A stretch of DNA of 64,000 nt from Bispira polyomma (GCA_965649765.1 OZ287755.1:14198001-14262000), one strand, 5' to 3'; positions 26,301 through 41,400 are shown, counted from the first letter of the stretch. Numbers and translations are program-made. The notes: generated by a model not told the origin, from the sequence alone.

Positions 26301-29300
26301 TCTAACTTTCTCATAGTACCCAGCGCCCAGTTTTTATCTACAAAAGATGCTAGTAAAAAATAATAATCTGGTAAAAATATAAGTCTTACTTTACTATCAC
26401 ATTCGGCTCTTTAAAACGATCGACCCCCTAGATAAGGTTGTCTTCAATTATACCCTTAAATGGACTTTCTATACAATTTCAATGTATAAAATAGGCCTGT
26501 TGAACCATATTTCTGTTTTGTTTACCAACCTAATATTTAAACTGAGTATTTTATTACAAGCTTCATAAATAGGTTTAAACTAAGATAAATGGCAGAAACT
26601 GGGGAGCTTTATATATAGCTATTTTGTGGATCTATCAACTGTGACACTATAAATGACAGATACAAGTTATATGTGTCTATAAAAATTGTGTTTACACTAA
26701 AAAAAAAATAAAAATTCTAATTTTCTAAACTATTCCATTATGAACTATTCCAGTAATGTAAGGTTTGGTGACGCCTGAGACTTCATCAGGATTTCTTGGC
26801 ATTTTTCTATCTTTCTCTTTTTTGGGGTCAGTTCTTCCATGTGGCAGTTACCTGGCAGAAATCTAACAATGAAACCAAGATGTATGTTGACGGAACTTTG
26901 AAAGCTACTTCTACAGCACTAGAAAAGTCAGATTGGTCAGATTGGTCAGATATTTGCTCTTCTATGATGACATATATTACAAATAAGGTTAAGTGTAAAA
27001 AACCCCTTCTAGAAATGGTAGCTGCAGAAATATTCATGTAAGGATTATGTCTTAGTTAAATCCCAACAACCCTCGAGTTTAAATAAAACAGAGCCCAATG
27101 TTTTGTTCAGTGCAACCAGATAATTCCCCAGTGTTAAGAGTTTCACAGATGAAGATGACACTTCTAAATAATTATATTTCTTAACTTTTTGATTATACCT
27201 TTATTTACTACTGACGAATTATGCCATTGACTGGAGATTTCAAACATCCATTGAGAAGTTAACAGAAATTTCCTATATGTACTTTAATGAAGGTCAATTA
27301 TGTTAGGAATTGTATATACTGTGCTGTTTATTCCGTTATAGTTATGACTATAAATATTGACAAATAGTTGCATCTTTTTTTACCATGTCAGCTCTATGTC
27401 AGTCTTAGTTAATTTATATTTTGGTTGCAGTAACTTTAACTGAAATAAATTATAGTTACAATATATAGTTGCGTAGTTTTAGTATTATATAGTATGGTAA
27501 ATTAGGGTTTAGCAGGTACATATTAGATGCTCAAGATATCTGTACTGTAAACTAAACTACCAACCCTCAGCATCTCCACTGCAGACCTTCCCACATGCAA
27601 ACTGGAGAAGATATTTTAACCAACAGGGTACGGAGATCACAGGCGAGAATGTTACAAATACATCATCGAGGTCCCCCCTCCCCCTTGTTGACTTGGCAGG
27701 TGTAAAGAGACATGTATTATATTAGATATAATAATCAAACATAAACTAATATATATATTTTAGACACTCTCAGAACCTAGTGACTATAATGAATACATAT
27801 TTGGGGCATCCAACCAACCCCTTCATCCCAAATATTCTGAAGGTATACTGGACGAATTCCTCTTTTGGCCAGAAATTAAAGATGCAGCTTTCATCAAATC
27901 TGTATACTACAGTTATTTGACAGGTAAACAAACCCTCCCTAGTTACATATTCATTCTGGCATCTCATTGGATACTACCACCTTCCATTAAACGTCATTTT
28001 GAGACTTAAATATGATAATCATAAATGCACCTTAGAATCCACTAGTTTTTGACTTGATTAGATTAAATTCGAAGAAACACAAAAACAACACCATTTTATT
28101 GATGATGGTTTGTTATAGCTAAAAATTCAAGTTAAATAAGTAATGTAATACAAGTAAAACCACAAGCATATATGATTAAATTATATAACTCAAGTAACCA
28201 AATACTAACAGGCTCATTTTGTTATAAAATTCAATTATACACAGCACTGTGGAGCTTTATTGTTTTGTATTTCATTTTAACCCACCTGATTGATTGATGC
28301 AAAACATCTTGTGAAGTGCAAAATCAAAATCAATCAACCAGTCAAATAATGTACAAAACATTAATCAGCAAGGTTTTACTATTAAATAACATATCAGTTC
28401 AGTGAATATAGTGAACACCTTTGAGGGGGGGGGGGGGGGGGGGGTGTCCTAGATTGGCCTAGATTTAGTGTCATAACATGGACATACTAGTTGTGGCATC
28501 TAATTGGTGAACCTCTGTTCTTCAAATAGCTACATTTATCCATATAGGTCTCATATTTTGAACCATTTATATATAGTACCGAATGGATATTTCATCCTCA
28601 AAGACACTTGTTCTCTGAAAAGGGATTATACATAGCATGGGTCGTCATCAGTAGGCCATGGCATGTTTACATTGTCCAAGAATTTTATCTCCCAAGTAAG
28701 TATTGTGACCTACCAGAAGTTTGAACCGGAGACCTAATTACCACACAAACTCCAACTACTTATGGGCCGATACTTCACACTGAAAAACCTTTGCATTAGA
28801 GCTTAGACATATGCTAGAATGAAAACTAAACACCACAAAATAATTTTTCTTTCAGCTGGATGGTAAGTTCAAAATACCAATATTTTATAGGATGAAATAG
28901 CTACTATTTGAAAGATATCATACAAAATCGTCATGCCCAACTCTAAACTTTTAAGAAAAGACAGTTAAATTTATTACTTTGTATATGCAAAGTATTTTTG
29001 CCGTTAATGAAAATTAATAAAAGCACTATTATGTATGAAACCTCTATCATACAAACTTCTAGTAGCTGAATTACAAACTTCTAGTTTGAATTTGAATTTG
29101 GATATTTAACGTCCACTCTAGTACCTTTTAGTAGGTTATATTGGGACGGGTAGTTGGAAACGCTGGCGGAAACACTGCATACAGTCGGTCAAGGTTCTTC
29201 AGAGAAACCAGTGGCCCACAGTAAGGGACTACCACCTTTCCCACATAGGCATCGACGGGATTCGAACTCACGCCGCCCAGAGGTGAGAGACCAGTGATTG

Positions 29301-29983
29301 TGAATCGCAATGCTTACAAACTTCTAGTATCTGAATATGTTACATATTTTCATTCTCCTAATCTTCATTCTATTGTTATACCAAAATGCCTTTCCCATTT
29401 TATCTGAACAAAATCTTTGTTCTCCTGGCAAGTTTGGATAATAAATGTTCAACTGTGTTTACTTTGGAAAAATGTTATTTCTCCCTCTTATTCCTGTACA
29501 TTCTGAGTTTCCTCTGATGTGTTTTTCTTTGTAGATATTCAAACTATTCTTCCCAGGATTGGACAGACAATCTTTCCACAAATAGACCCATTGGCCTTGA
29601 TAGATCAGTCCACTGATACTTGCTTACAACTAAGAAACCTGGACATAACAACTTTCTCCCGTCATCCTGCGGAGAACGATCGGTTTGGGCCCATGATTCA
29701 GTTTGAGCTGCCAGACGGCATGTTAGATGACATTCCAAAGCAATTTACCATAACCTTGACCTTTTTGGGGACATTGGAGTGCAACTATTACATCCAACTT
29801 GGCATCAGTAATCCGGTGAACCCCCTCAGAGCTTATGGAGTGTCTATGAAAATGTGCTACTTCCTAAACTCAAACAGTGTAGGCAATTTCTCTGTGAATA
29901 GCTACAGTTGTAATGGGGTGCCTAAAGCTGTGTACCTGTCCTATCCAACCTCCGAACTGTGTGAAATAGAGTTTAATACTTAA
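23373..29983 (+). pseudogene. Copy 2 of the secreted LamG/pentraxin-like gene (pseudogene)
   Basis: Exons 23373-23460 and 23900-24127 are intact. Exon 3 (25891-26025) has an internal deletion. Exon 4 (~26826) has acceptor AG>GG and a deleted donor. Exons 27764-27923 and 29535-29983 are open. Confidence 0.85.
29086..29313 (-). mobile_element. 5'-truncated tRNA-derived SINE
   Basis: Reverse-complement copy lacking the A box. TSD ttacaaacttctagt at 29071-29085 and 29314-29328. Empty site in unit 3 (~42115). Confidence 0.9.
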
Positions 29984-30009
29984 AGTGAACAAATATATAT
30001 TAATATATG

Positions 30010-30142
30010 CACTTCTCCAAAGAATGTTATGTTGTCTGTCGGTTCCATTGATTTTGTTTGTTTGTTTGTCACCAGGATTATGCTAAAATAACTACCGAAA
30101 ACAATTGAGATGAAATTTAGCAGTGGCGATGTGACATTGACC
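30010..30142 (+). repeat. Short interspersed repeat with (GTTT)n core, HINE/Pearl-like; related minus-strand copies in intron 2 of each unit
   Basis: gttatgtt...(gttt)n gtcaccaggatta...gaaattt. Present in units 2 and 3 (~42810), absent in unit 1. Reverse-complement copies at ~7600-7810, 24230-24485, 25450-25695, 36690-36945, 37925-38185 and 56370-56625. The family name is an inference. Confidence 0.45.
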
Positions 30143-31319
30143 TTGTACTGATTAATATTTGTTACAGGTTTTAAGTCACTGCGAACACACTGTATAGGTC
30201 ATATTCCATTTTTACTGGTGGGGGAAGCAGTTTTTACTAGTTGGACAACATTCTGCACTATAAACCACCAGGTATCAGCAAGTACCTGACAACTTCCCCT
30301 CATAAACATTTCACAATTTTGTTATGATGTAACTATTAAGTAATCATCCAAACACTTCAAAACCCAATTTAGCCCCCTCTATATACAGTCTTACTAAACC
30401 AAACAAGAATAAATGTAAGTATTATTACTGCTCTGGTCAACTTCAACTATACTGAATATGCTGCACCAACTTTTCCACCTGTCAGACATTGTAAAACACC
30501 TTGAATATTGGATTCCAGATTTTTTTCATTAATATGTTCATACACGGTATGTTTGAAGATACCTTAGAAAGATAAAGCACTGTACAGATTCACGACATTA
30601 TAGCTTACTGACATAGTATAAGGCTACAGTTTACCTGTATGTTTTATTTTCTCACAATTGTAAACATTCTAACAAATATCTAAGATTTCTGTATATATAC
30701 CTAAAAGTCTTCACTGGTCTTGTAAAGTTTTCCCTTGGAATAGTTTGGAATATTTTCTCTTATTCTTGCGATATATTATTTAAAATTTACTGCTAATTCC
30801 ATGTTGCATATATAAATGTAAATATATATTTATATGGTATTCATGGAAAGCTTGGGCTCTACAGTAAAATCTTAATTATATATATTTTTTAATTTAAACT
30901 TTGTACTTAATAATATAACAATCTTTCTTGACAAAAAACACCCATCCTTGAACTTCTGCTACTGTGATATGACATGGCAAACATCATAATTTATGAGTTT
31001 ATGTAGCCAATGCTCAGCAACTGCTACTCTAAACCATATTTGACATGGTTCTCTACATGGGATCAGTGACCATATCCCCAATATATTACTCTTGATAGCG
31101 TTGCTTAATTTCATATTGTCTAAGTGTATAATATCACATTTGAAAATGTCACTAGCATGTTATACTTCTATATATTGACCTGCATAATTGTAATGGAGGA
31201 ATATATGCATGATGAAAAGTAGATTGTACTACATGATTATTAAGTGTGCTTTTCATATTGATATATTTTTTTAACGATAAAATATACAAAATGTTCACTT
31301 TGTGTTATTACAAAATTAA

Positions 31320-32850
31320 AGTTAAAACACAACATAGTTAAAAGGTTTAACAAAGCTCAAGGTATACAGAACCAAAAAATTCATAAGATAATATACAATA
31401 TATGTCAACCTTGAAATATGATGAAGCTCTTTGTTCTAAATATATTATGCAGCATTGTTTCTGAAAAACATATGTATTCAAGTCATGGCCTCTTTTAGAA
31501 CACCAGGAAATGTATCTCCTTGCCAGCATTAAGATAAAATTTAAAGGCCAAGTTATCACACAAAATGTAATATCCTAAAATGTTCATAGTATTTGTTAAT
31601 TCAAATTCTATCACAATTGTGTTTAAGATCCATTGATTAATATTATCCGAAAAACTTTTATGCATTTACAAATACATGGTATATCCTTTCTGAATATTGT
31701 TCACAAAATCCACAAAAACTATTATTACTATTTTTCACATTGAAAAGATAGTCTTTTATGGGTGAAATATTAAACAATATTTTATATTGTATACTTATGA
31801 CTGAATTATTTAGCACAGACTTAAAACATGCTTTATAAATATTCTTCCATACAAATGTGTGTTATTTTGAGGTAACAGGTTCCTCCACTTGAATTCACTG
31901 AACTGGCTTTTTGGCAGTTTGAAAAATATGATAAAAGCCTTTACATTCGTTAGTACACTTTAACAAAGGTGTAATATGAAATGGACATTTTCTGATTCTC
32001 TCTCAAATTTAGACACATAAGTGTTTAATAAAAAGTTTTATTTAGTAATAGTGTAATACATTTATGTTTACACTATATTTATGTTTTATACTGTCACATG
32101 ACTTGATTTCACCATTTGGATTTACAATATCTCCAACAAATAAAATAGCTCTTTTGGACTAAGTGGAAAAATAGAAAGGTGCTACTGAGACATATGAATT
32201 TTACCACATACAAGGTAGTAGTATTTCTGATTTTGAATTTGCAGTTTAAATTTGTTATAGCTCACACCATTATATTAAAACTTCATGCCAAAGTATATTT
32301 TTCATTGATTTGAGTATATTTTTGCACCATTTACCTCCAAGTATGAATACATTATAAGGGTTTCTGTGTTTTTCAAAAAGTGGGAGGCTCCACTGAGCAT
32401 CATACAGAAACAAAGCTCTTTTAATCAAATTTACCTTTGATGCTTTCGTGAAAGTAAATATAGTTCCACATAAACTGGTTTATGTTTGTCAAAAAAATTT
32501 TGATATTGGTAATAATGCTAAAAGGTGAATGATTTTTGAAAGCAAGTGTTATATTAGAGTGACTCTGCCAATAAACGATAACTTTCAATTTTCCAATTTA
32601 TTACCTTTTTTATCGTCAGCTATAAAATAATTTACCTCAGAAATATTATTTAAAATTACTGAAAATATCACACCACACATCTCAAAATCAGTGTTTCCCC
32701 AATTTAATCTTATTGAGAATTCTAATTTATCTCTTGAATATCTTTTCCTTTCAAATCTATACAATTTTTGGTTTTTTCTTTCTTTATTTTTAATTGGTAT
32801 AAAATATATTTTAATGTGTTGAGAGCTGCCTGTAGAGAAGCCTGTCAACC
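31320..32850 (-). mobile_element. Degenerate L1/Tx1-like LINE 3' fragment, unit 2
   Basis: Paralogue of 19570-21370. ORFs 32585..32848 and 31347..31559 (LNFILMLARRYISWC). Confidence 0.7.
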
Positions 32851-33829
32851 ATCAACGATAAGGGTGCTATATTTATTATTTTGCCATCTGAGTGTTGGCA
32901 TTTGTCTTCTCTGGTAATAAAATATACACCAATGTAATAGTTTATATTATGATTGTGACGTCATATAATCATGATGATCTGTGGTCTTTTCATTTCATTT
33001 ACCTACCCATGGAGGAATTGTACAACTGGCTAATAACATATTGCATTTATGGATGTCAGTATATTCTGTGCTCTTATGCTGGAACATATACTCATACTCT
33101 ACTCAAATCGGGGTTCTCTATAAGTCTGGATACAGTAAACAAATATCAAATCTGACACCAGTATCTGGTCTGTTTAAAATCTCACATTGTTTGCATTTAA
33201 CCACACCATAATCAGGCTCCCTCTTGTTACACTTTTTCCTTTTTTTGGGCTATCTCTGCTACATTGTTTCTTGGTTGCATATTTTTTTACCCTCTATTTT
33301 TGGTGGAGCATAGGGTGCTTGGGATATTCACCCAGAACAAACTTTATAATGGAGGAAATACAATTCTTTTAGTGCTACACTACTGCTATCTCTTCATCCA
33401 TGCTTAAATGGGCTGTGAGAGCAAACACATAAAACGATCGCCAATAACCATGTAAAGTGTGTTCTAGCTGCTCAGAAACTGCCCAACTTTTATTTTTGTG
33501 CCTTAAACTCGATTTATGGATAACATTTTTACATTTTTATGAGTAGAAATAATAAAGAATGACATATATTTTGATTAAATACTAATCCATATATTTTACT
33601 AAATTTTTAGACATACAATACACATAGCAGTATGTAAAATTGTAACTGAAATGGGCAATATTTTAAAAGTACATGCTTCACAAATGTGTGAAGTACACAG
33701 TATGTCAATATTCTAACACATGTACATGGACATACCTTTGATCTAATTCTGGCTCCAACAGACCTAAAACTCATCTAAAAAGGTGCTCAGCCTTTATATC
33801 CAATCATGCAAACATGCCAGATAGATCAA

Positions 33830-34420
33830 AACTTCCTTTGTCACAAATCCAGCCGACAATATCTCTTCTCTACGCAAACAGTATATTTCAGACTGTTAAA
33901 CAAAACTAAAGGTGATCTTTACAAGTCTGTCATTAAAGAACATAGTCACAATGGGCGAAAATTGTGTCAAGGAAGAAAGGCTTTACACAGGTCAGCTGAA
34001 ACTTTTTTCCTACATCAAACAAATCCCTGGCAGACAAGTTAGTGCCCTTTTTAATGACATAACTAGAAATGTGTACTCTGCCGTGGTTTCCTACATTTAA
34101 TCTCTTTCTACCTGTCCCCTGTCTCGTTTGCAAAATTGACTGATGACGAAGTTCTAAAACTTTAACCCACCAAATCGTGTCTACTAAAACTTTGGCCTAT
34201 GTCACTTCTTAAGGAGAGCATTGACATCCTTCTTCCCTCAATTACTAAGCTTCTCAACCTATCATTGACGATGTTCACAAGTGGATGTTTGACAATAAGT
34301 TTAAAACATAGAAAAAACTAAATTCATTTTTTTTTAATTCCAATTGACAACGTGATAGTTTGACTGATAATTTCCCAGTAAAAGTTGTGGCATGCATTCT
34401 GGCTCATAAAATTCTTCTCC
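33830..34420 (+). mobile_element. Internally deleted L2/CR1-type LINE fragment
   Basis: LKESIDILLPSITKLLNLSL joined to DDVHKWMFDNK..KTKFI. A longer paralogue lies at 53290-54100. Confidence 0.6.
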
Positions 34421-34499
34421 AGATCCGAGATAGATCCAAATGTGAGAATTTACAACTTCAGGATTTTTCGGGGGAGAAAGGTTGTAGAGAAATCCTTTT

Positions 34500-34870
34500 G
34501 GTACAGAGGTTCGGGGTTTTACTCTATACCATGCAGCAAGAACCGCCAGTGGTAGCCACCATAGCCCTAGCCGGGGTCGTCCTACACAACATGATGAGAA
34601 CAGCTACTGTAAACCAGGCAACACACCACCCAAATCCAGAAGAGGACCCACCATTCCACAATAAGCACTTTTGGTTATAATAACCAACCTGAGAGTAGGA
34701 ATCCTAGCAGGATAGCCAAATAACAGAGACATACTCATGGACTACTTCCTTAACGAGAGGACAGTGCCTTGGCAGAATGACAGAGTATGAACCCTACCTT
34801 GAAACTACACCTGAGCCTGCAAGAAGAACCAATCGGTCCTTGTGAGGACCAGCCTAAAAGGCCTGTTTTA
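34500..34870 (+). mobile_element. Harbinger transposase C-terminal fragment
   Basis: RFGVLLYTMQQEPPVVATIALAGVVLHNMMR ... MDYFLNERTVPWQNDRV*, typical of the HARBI1-like C-terminus. Paralogue at 54150-54545. Confidence 0.65.
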
Positions 34871-35436
34871 GGGCCAAACTTTTCAAAACAATTACTTATA
34901 AATTACTTAAATAATTACGACTTATACGTTCTCACAGATCAAGTACCCCAGAGGATGAAATAATCAGTAGTTGAATACTATTCGATTTTTCAAAAATTTC
35001 TGATGACACCTAACCGCATCAGATCATATCTGACACATAATAGTTGCTGCACATTTAGTTGTGGTATAAAAAATCGTAGGCATATTCCATGTTTCAGTCT
35101 ACAATTTGGGGGGGACTTTCTATTCTACGACTTTCTATTATTGTAATAACATATTTACTTCAAACAATATGAAGTTGCAGGGAAGGTCATGACGTTATGG
35201 TGTCATAAATAAATTTGCACAAACGGGGTTTTCTACAAATAATGGCCAGCAGTTGATATTCTAAGTTGAAACTAAAGACTTGACTTATGATGTGGTTATA
35301 AATAAATCAGACAGAATCTGCACCAAAAGGGTGTGAGCAGTGGCATTTCTATAGACATAGATACACAGTGAAGTTAAGATATATTTCCAAACAAAGGCTG
35401 TCTATTGTGTGTGTGTTTTTTTTTTTGAAAGAAAAC

Positions 35437-38400
35437 ATGGCATTATACATTAATCTTGGATGCAGTTATTTTTATGCAATGTTAACTATGTTAATAGTGG
35501 ATACTGCAGGGAATCCATTCAACGGTAGGTCCTTTATTTAACATTCAATTTTGTTGGTTATTTTTAATGTCCAAACATTTATAAATACTTTGAAGGTTTT
35601 GAAACATTGTAGCATTCCAAAAAAAATCTCCATTGGCCATTTGCAGCATAGTGATACACACATGCCTCTCACCTCTGTCGTTGACAGTGGAGTTGTCCAA
35701 GGCTGGTGGTTTGTAGAACGGAAAACCTTCAACAGTGAATTTTCTCTCCTGATATTAACACAAGCATGTAGAATGTGATGTTAACCACAAAATTAATGAG
35801 AGAAAGTTCTGTGAGAAAACCCAAAACTTTAACCAACTATGCTGTTCTGAATTCCTACACCAGTGATTTGCCCCTTGTGATATATGACCTCAGACATATA
35901 CATCTCAGGTCATCATAATAAATAAGGAAATTGAAAAACGATCAATTTTGTTGGTTATTTGTAATGTTCAAACATTTATGGCCACTAAGAAGGTTTAAAG
36001 CATTATATGCAGTATTCCAAATAAATTGGCCCTCAATTGGATGGTAATACATACACCTCTTTTACAGTAGAGTTGTGGAAGGCTGGTGGTTAGTAGAATG
36101 GAAAACCTTTACCAACTACCAACTGTTCTGAATTTCCTTCCAACAGTGAATATCCTCTCCTGATATTGACACAAGCATGTAGACTATGATGTTAACCACA
36201 AAATCAACGAGAGAATGTTCTGTGAGAAAACCCAAAACCTTGACCGACTATGCTGTTCTGAATTCCTACACCAGTGATTTGCCCCTTGTGATATATGACC
36301 CCAGACATGTTGAAAGCAACATTAAGCTTAAACTAAAAATGTTCTATATATCTCTGTTTTGTATCAGCTGAGGTGTACCTACCCTTTGAGTCAGTTACTG
36401 GGGATTCTGTCCCCGGAGAAACATTTCATGGAACACTTGTCGATGACACCTCGGCTTCTGCTCAACCAGGTATCCATGGTAACGGATTAGCCGTGTCCCA
36501 AACAAAGGTCAGCATTGGCAATCGGAGGGATGATTGCTTTTGGTTACCTGAACTATGTTCTGAAGGAATGACATTTGCAGTGTGGATTAAGCTAGGTAAA
36601 GGGCTAATATGTCAAATGAACTTTAAAAAACAAATTGAGTGTTCAACTTTCTTACTGAAGCAGTGTGGATATTAACTATGTTTAAAATATATTTATGTCA
36701 ACTTGCCCTACTAGTTAATTTTGTGAAATCTTGATAAAAGGCATACAACAGCCAAGGCACCACAGTGCCAAAAAGTGGAAAAGCCCTGTACACTCAGATC
36801 TTCTTCTTTGTCTCATACTTCAAGAAGTTTTATGTTAGTCGGTTTAGTAATTTTTATATAATCCTGGTGATAAACAAACCAATCAACAGAGGCAGGCGAG
36901 AACATAATCTACATGGCAAGAAAATAACCACAATAATATAGAGCACTGAATAGAAAATAATACCTCTAACAATATTCATATAGAGCAATAGATCTCTCAA
37001 ATAAACCAGTGCAAGCAATGAAAATATTGCACTTTTCATTGGTTTAGGCAATAATTCAGTCACATGACTGTTGAAAATGATCTCTGATTTATCAAAAAAA
37101 TGTGGCTACTTTTAAAAAGAAACTTAATAATTACAACATACATGGGCAGAGTTCCAAAATACATTCAAATTATAATGAAAAGAAACCTGTTAATATATCA
37201 CAGTTTTAACACAAAGTAACTCCAACAGTTTAACCTTAAGGAACTGGGATAAACACCTCTCCCTAGACTTGATTTATACTTATATTTATATTTTGGAAAG
37301 AAATGGCCTTTGAGGGCTACATTTAATCAAATGAAGTGTGGCATTGTAGACTTTGGTAGACTATCTCATTTTTTTACTGTTGACTTCCAAAGTAAAAAAA
37401 ATGAATGTGTAACTTAACGTACAGGTTAACATACAAGAATGATGATAAACTGATACTGGTTGGCTGTTGGCAGTCAAAGAAAGATTAATTAACACTGTGA
37501 ATACCAGATAGAGGTAGAAATTAAAATTCAATACAACAATACACTGTAATACCCGGTTTTGCTTTCTTCCACAAATAAAGTCCCCATCATGATACAATGT
37601 TGGTATCATTGTTGATACAAAAGTTGCCTAGGTACAACTTCGGTGATTTTTAAAATCACATCCGACCAGTAAACGGTGAGTGCAAATTGTAAGTCCCTTT
37701 AGATTACCTAGATCGCCCAGCAGTCGCTAGCTAATGTTGTGGAAGTGGGACAAGTAAAGCACAACCATTAATCTTAAATCTATATCTTAAATCTATATCT
37801 CAAACAAAAATCTGTACTGGTTTTCTGCACCAGTAAACTGCATCAGTGAAGTGCAGCTCATGAAAAAATAGAAAGCTGTGTGAAGCTGTGTGGATCTTAG
37901 CCATGTTTAGTCTTCACATATGAGATATATTTATGTCAACTAGCTCTTTTAGTTAATTTTAAGAAATTTTGATAAAACGCATACATCCGCTAAGGCACCA
38001 CTGTGCCAAAAAGTGAAAAAACCTGTACATACAGATTTTATTCCCTGGCTCATATTTCACCCAGTTTTATGTTAGTCTGTTTAGTCATTGATATGTAATC
38101 CAGGTGACAAACAAACAAACCAACGGAAGCAGGTGAGAACATAATCTTAATGGCAAGGAAATAACCACACTAATATAGAGCACTGTACTCGGAATATGTA
38201 TCTCTCACAATACTCATACCGATTTATAATGCATAAAGAAAGTACTGTCAAAACCAAAGGTAAACTCCAGCTAAAACTTGAATTTGAATTTGGATATTTA
38301 ACGTCCACTCTAGTATCTTTTTAGTAGGTTATATTGGGATGGGTAGTTGGAAGAAAACAAAGTTGGAGAAAACACGGCATACAATCGGTCAAGGTTCTGC

Positions 38401-41400
38401 ACTGAAACCAGCGGCCCACAGTAAGGAACTACCACCTTTCCCACATAGGCATCGATGGGATTCGAACTCACTCCGCCCAGAGGTGAGAGACCAGTGATTG
38501 TAAAGCGCAATGCTTGCTAACCACTAGGCCACCGCGACCCCACTCTAGCTAAAACTAAAAGATCCATATCACTGCAAGCCACAGCATTTTGGTTGTATTT
38601 CCACCGTTTTGTGGAAGTAAAAGGGGTTTCATACGTACAGGTTTTATATTAATTTTAGGTACCAGCGATGAAAGTATTCAATACTTTATCTCCAATGGTG
38701 GACAAACAAAACAGTCATATGGTATAGCCCTATTAATGAAGACTACCGGACTCCTGGTCTCAGTGAGAACTACAATCAACTCGGTTGTTGTAGTTGATAA
38801 TCCAGAAACGACCTACGAATCCAACGTGGTAAGTACAAAATAATATTGAGTAATATATGCATTTAAAGTTGTAAACACAGCCAAACCTGTACTAGTGACC
38901 ATTCCAAAAGAGAAGCCACTCCACTTTGAATCTTCCCATAAAGTTTGTTATGCAAATAGACTGTATAGAAAGACGACTTCTAAGGTGTGATCAGAGACGG
39001 ACAAATTATTCGCAACAGCAATATTTGACTTGTATAGAAGAGGCCACTTCAAGGACACATCTTTAGCCTCAGATCATTATCTATTATTTATATTTTTCAA
39101 ACTTTCTCATAATACCCAGCCCCCAGTTTTTATCTACAAAAGATGCTAGTAAAAATAACAATCTTGTAAAAATATAAGTCTTACTTTACTATCACATTCG
39201 GCTCTTTAAAACGATCGACCCCCTAGATAAGACTGTCTTCAAGTATACCCTTAAATGGACTTTCTATACAATTTCAATGTATAAAATAGGCCTGTTGAAC
39301 CATATTTCTGATTTGTTTACCAACCTAATATTTAAACTGAGCATTTTATTACAAGCTTTGTAAATAGGTTTAAACTAAGATAAATGTCAGAAACTGGGGA
39401 GCTTTATATATAGCTATTTTGTAGATCTATCAACTGTGACACTATAAATGACAGATACAAGTTATATGTGTCTATAAAAATTGTGTTTACACTAAAAAAA
39501 ATTAAAAATTCTAATTTTCTAAACTATTCCATTTTGAACTATTCCAGTAATGTAAGGTTTGGTGACACCTGAGACTTGATAAGGATTTCTTGGCATTTTT
39601 CTATCTTTCTCTTTTTTAGGGTCAGTTCTTCCATGTGGCAGTTACCTGGCAGAAATCTACCAATGAAACCAAGATGTATGTTGACGGAACTTTGAAAGCT
39701 ACTTCTACAGCACTAGAAAAGTTTACAGTAAGTTTTTCCAGTGAGTAAAATGTAAAACAAAACACATTGTAAACACTCCAGTTTTCTAGTGGGCCATCTT
39801 AAATGTTTTGAGCCATGCATAAATTTTTGTATTACTTGGCATAACCTAGACTTGTCATCATCATTTTTGCAAACAGAAATGCCAGTGAGGAACTCGGTCA
39901 GATTGGTTAGATATTTGCTCTTCTATGATGACATATATTACAAATAAGGTTAAGTGTAAAAAACCCCTTCCAGAAATGGTAGAAATAATACAAATAAGGT
40001 TAAGTGTAAAAAACCCCTTCCAGAAATGGTAGAAATATTCATGTAAGGGTTATGTAATAGTTAAATCCCAACAACCCTCGACTTTATCGGGTTTAAATAA
40101 AACAGAGTTCAATGTTTTGTTCAGTGCAACCAGATAATTCCCCAGTGTTAAGAGTTTCACAGATGACGATCCCACTTCTAAATAGCTATATTTCTTAACT
40201 TTTTGATAATACCTTTATTAACTGCTACTGACAAATTATGCCAATGACTGGAGATTTCAAACATCCATTGAGAAGTTAACAGAAATTTCCTATATGTACT
40301 TTAATGAAGTTCAATTATGTTGGGAATTGTATATACTGTGCTGTTTATTCCATTCTAGTTATGACTATAAATATTGACAAATAGTTGCATCTTATTCACC
40401 ATGTCAGCTTTGTGTCAGTCTTAGTTAATTCATATTTGGTTGCAGTAACTTTAACTGAAATAAATTATAGTTACAATATATAGTTGCGTAGTTTTAGTAT
40501 TATATAGTATGGTAAATTAGGGTTAAGCAGGTACATATTAGATGCTCAAGATATCGGTACTGTAAACTACCAACCCTCAGCATCTCCACTGCAGACCTTC
40601 CCGCATGCAAACTGGAGAAGATATTTTAACCAACAGGGCACAGAGATCACAGGCAATAATGTTACGAACACATCACCGAGGTCCCCCCTCCCCCTTGTTG
40701 ACTTGGCAGGTGTAAAGAGACTTGTATTATCTTAGATATAATAATCAAACACAACTAATCTATATATTTTAGCCACTCTCAGAACCTAGTGACTATAATG
40801 AGTACATATTTGGGGCATCTAACCGACCCGTTCATCCCACATACTCTGAAGGCATACTGGACGAATTTCTCTTTTGGCTGGAAATTAAAGATGCAGCTTT
40901 CATCAAATCTGTATACTACAGTTATTTGACAGGTAAACAAACCCTCCCTAGTTACATATTCATTCTGGCATCTCATTGGATACTACCACCTTCCATTAAA
41001 AGTCATTTTGAGACTTAAATATGATAATCATAAATGCACCTTAGAATCCACTAGTTTTTGACTTGATTAGATTAAATTCGAAGAAACACAAAAACAACAC
41101 CATTTTATTGATGATGGTTTGTTATAGCTAAAAATTCAAGTTAAATAAGTAATGTAATACAAGTAAAACCACAAGCATATATCATTAAATTATATAACTC
41201 AAGAAAAGAAATACTAACAGGCTCATTTTGTTATAAAATTTAATTATACACAGCACTGTGGAGCTTTATTGTTTTGTATTTCATTTTAACCCACCTTATT
41301 GATTGATGCAAAACATCTTGTGAAGTGCAAAATCAAAATCAATCAACCAGTCAAATAATGTACAAAACATTAATCAGCAAGGTTTTACCATTAAATAACA

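Noticed and set aside
28425-28444. Poly-G runs (also 41434-41452, 1102-1114) as G-quadruplex signals
   Set aside because: Simple homopolymers, variable among paralogues (absent in unit 1). No functional evidence.
28855-28861. 7-nt micro-exon ttctttcag|CTGGATG|gtaagt in intron 5
   Set aside because: Inclusion would shift the frame into an immediate TGA, and the donor is mutated (ataagt) in the intact copy 3 (~41908).
30960-31099. 140-bp unit 2-specific insertion
   Set aside because: It is real relative to units 1 and 3, but has no convincing TIR, tail or coding signal, so it could not be classified.
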